A stretch of DNA of 63,436 nt, filler included, from Octopus bimaculoides (taxonomy: Eukaryota): the NCBI RefSeq assembly GCF_001194135.2. It is 5 parts of 5 records of this genome, joined end to end, with 100 filler letters (N's around TTAATTAATTAA, not from the genome) between each part and the next. Parts side by side here need not be neighbours in the genome. Positions count along the whole stretch, not along the records: positions 52,132 to 63,436 come from NC_068981.1; 4 more parts are not named here. One strand, given 5' to 3'. Positions 62,333-63,436 of the stretch are shown here, in pieces. Position numbers and translations under genes: made by a program. Position 1 is the stretch's first letter; the number at the start of each line of letters is the position of its first letter. The notes under the pieces were generated by a model. The model saw only the letters and a program-made list of their open reading frames with translations, did not search any database and was not told the origin of the DNA.

Positions 62333-63436
62333 TGTCGGCTGTTTATATGTGTATGTGTGAGTGAACTTTGTGTCTCTTAATGTTGTAGGAATAATTCAGC
62401 AGCATGGTAACAGGAGTGGTAGTCTTTTGTGCAGTTGTGTGTCTCTTAACATGTGCATAGAGGAATGGTCAGTAGAAAGGTGTTTGATTGGCAGTTTGAA
62501 GTATGTGTGTGCATGTGTATGTATATGTTGTGCATGTGTGTTTTTGTGTATGGCGTGCATATGTCTGTGTGTGTGTGAGTGTGTATGTGCGTGTGTATGT
62601 GAGTGTGTGGAGTTATATGTGAGTTTCTGTGTGTGTGTGTGCGTGTATGTCCGTGTGTATATATGCCCATGTATGTATAATTGTATGTGTATATGTATGA
62701 GTGTGTGTAGGAGGTATGTGTGCATTCATATGTGTGTGTGTGTGTGTGTGTATGTGGAGTTGTGTGTGGAAGTATATGTGCTTTCTTGTATATGTTTGCG
62801 TGTGTGTGTGCATAATTGTGTGTATATGTGTGCATGTATGTGTGGGTCAAACATCATGCACAAAATAAGTACATTCAGAAACTTTCTCAGTCAAAGAGTG
62901 CATATTTATTTGTGCACACGAGTGCTATAAGGCAGACACACACATTTTTGGGGCAGCCTTCGATGTTTTCTGTGTGGAAGTGTTTTTCAACCCAATATTT
63001 ACCATGCGGACACAAAACCCTGCTTGTGAAGACCTGTTGAGGCAAGTGAAATCGAAATTGAACCAAATTCAATGTCTGGCACCCATGCCAACCTTCCTTC
63101 ACTGGACACTAAACTCAGCTTGCGAAGACNNNNNNNNNNATATGTGAGTTTCTGTGTGTGTGTGTGCGTGTATGTCCGTGTGTATATATGCCCATGTATG
63201 TATAATTGTATGTGTATATGTATGAGTGTGTGTAGGAGGTATGTGTGCATTCATATGTGTGTGTGTGTGTGTGTGTATGTGGAGTTGTGTGTGGAAGTAT
63301 ATGTGCTTTCTTGTATATGTTTGCGTGTGTGTGTGCATAATTGTGTGTATATGTGTGCATGTATGTGTGGGTCAAACATCATGCACAAAATAAGTACATT
63401 CAGAAACTTTCTCAGTCAAAGAGTGCATATTTATTT
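62265..63436. repeat. Compound (GT/AT)n tract with a ~300-bp block duplicated across a small gap
   Basis: About 62616-62912 recurs at 63140-63436; an RTE 3' UTR piece sits at about 63020-63129. Confidence 0.85.

Noticed and set aside
20312-63375. Long ORFs containing X runs or [12 protein letters not shown] strings
   Set aside because: They read through N gaps or dinucleotide microsatellites.
62616-63436. Duplicated ~300-bp block
   Set aside because: Identical sequence flanking a 10-N gap; assembly artefact.

Overview
AT-rich, microsatellite-laden, repeat-dominated animal genomic DNA. The SINE/RTE/mariner repeat set most resembles an octopod cephalopod (inference from recalled repeat families, not a database result). 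The window is not contiguous: four identical 100-bp artificial linkers (44 N + TTAATTAATTAA + 44 N at 14246-14345, 25192-25291, 31176-31275, 52032-52131) join five separately assembled pieces, and there are many ordinary N gaps. Recognisable host genes are the terminal coding exon of cullin-1 (+, 18098-18178) and three in-frame exons of AGXT2 (-, 56383-56456, 53601-53785, 52626-52749). Almost everything else is transposon debris: Hero/R2-like and RTE LINEs, Penelope-like (PLE) GIY-YIG fragments, Chapaev3, mariners, hAT and piggyBac-like MITEs, and several tRNA-derived SINE families. The most striking observation is a cluster of sequence-unrelated foldback elements carrying type I hammerhead ribozymes. 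At 49781-50194 a canonical hammerhead reads outward on each arm. At 39546-39825 and 43141-43411 the arms carry a G3:C8-swapped core. At 51582-51943 a decayed hammerhead lies between short inverted arms. An internally deleted Hero-type element keeping both ends is nested in a piggyBac-like MITE inside an AGXT2 intron. Most ORFs in the supplied track are microsatellite or N-gap artefacts.
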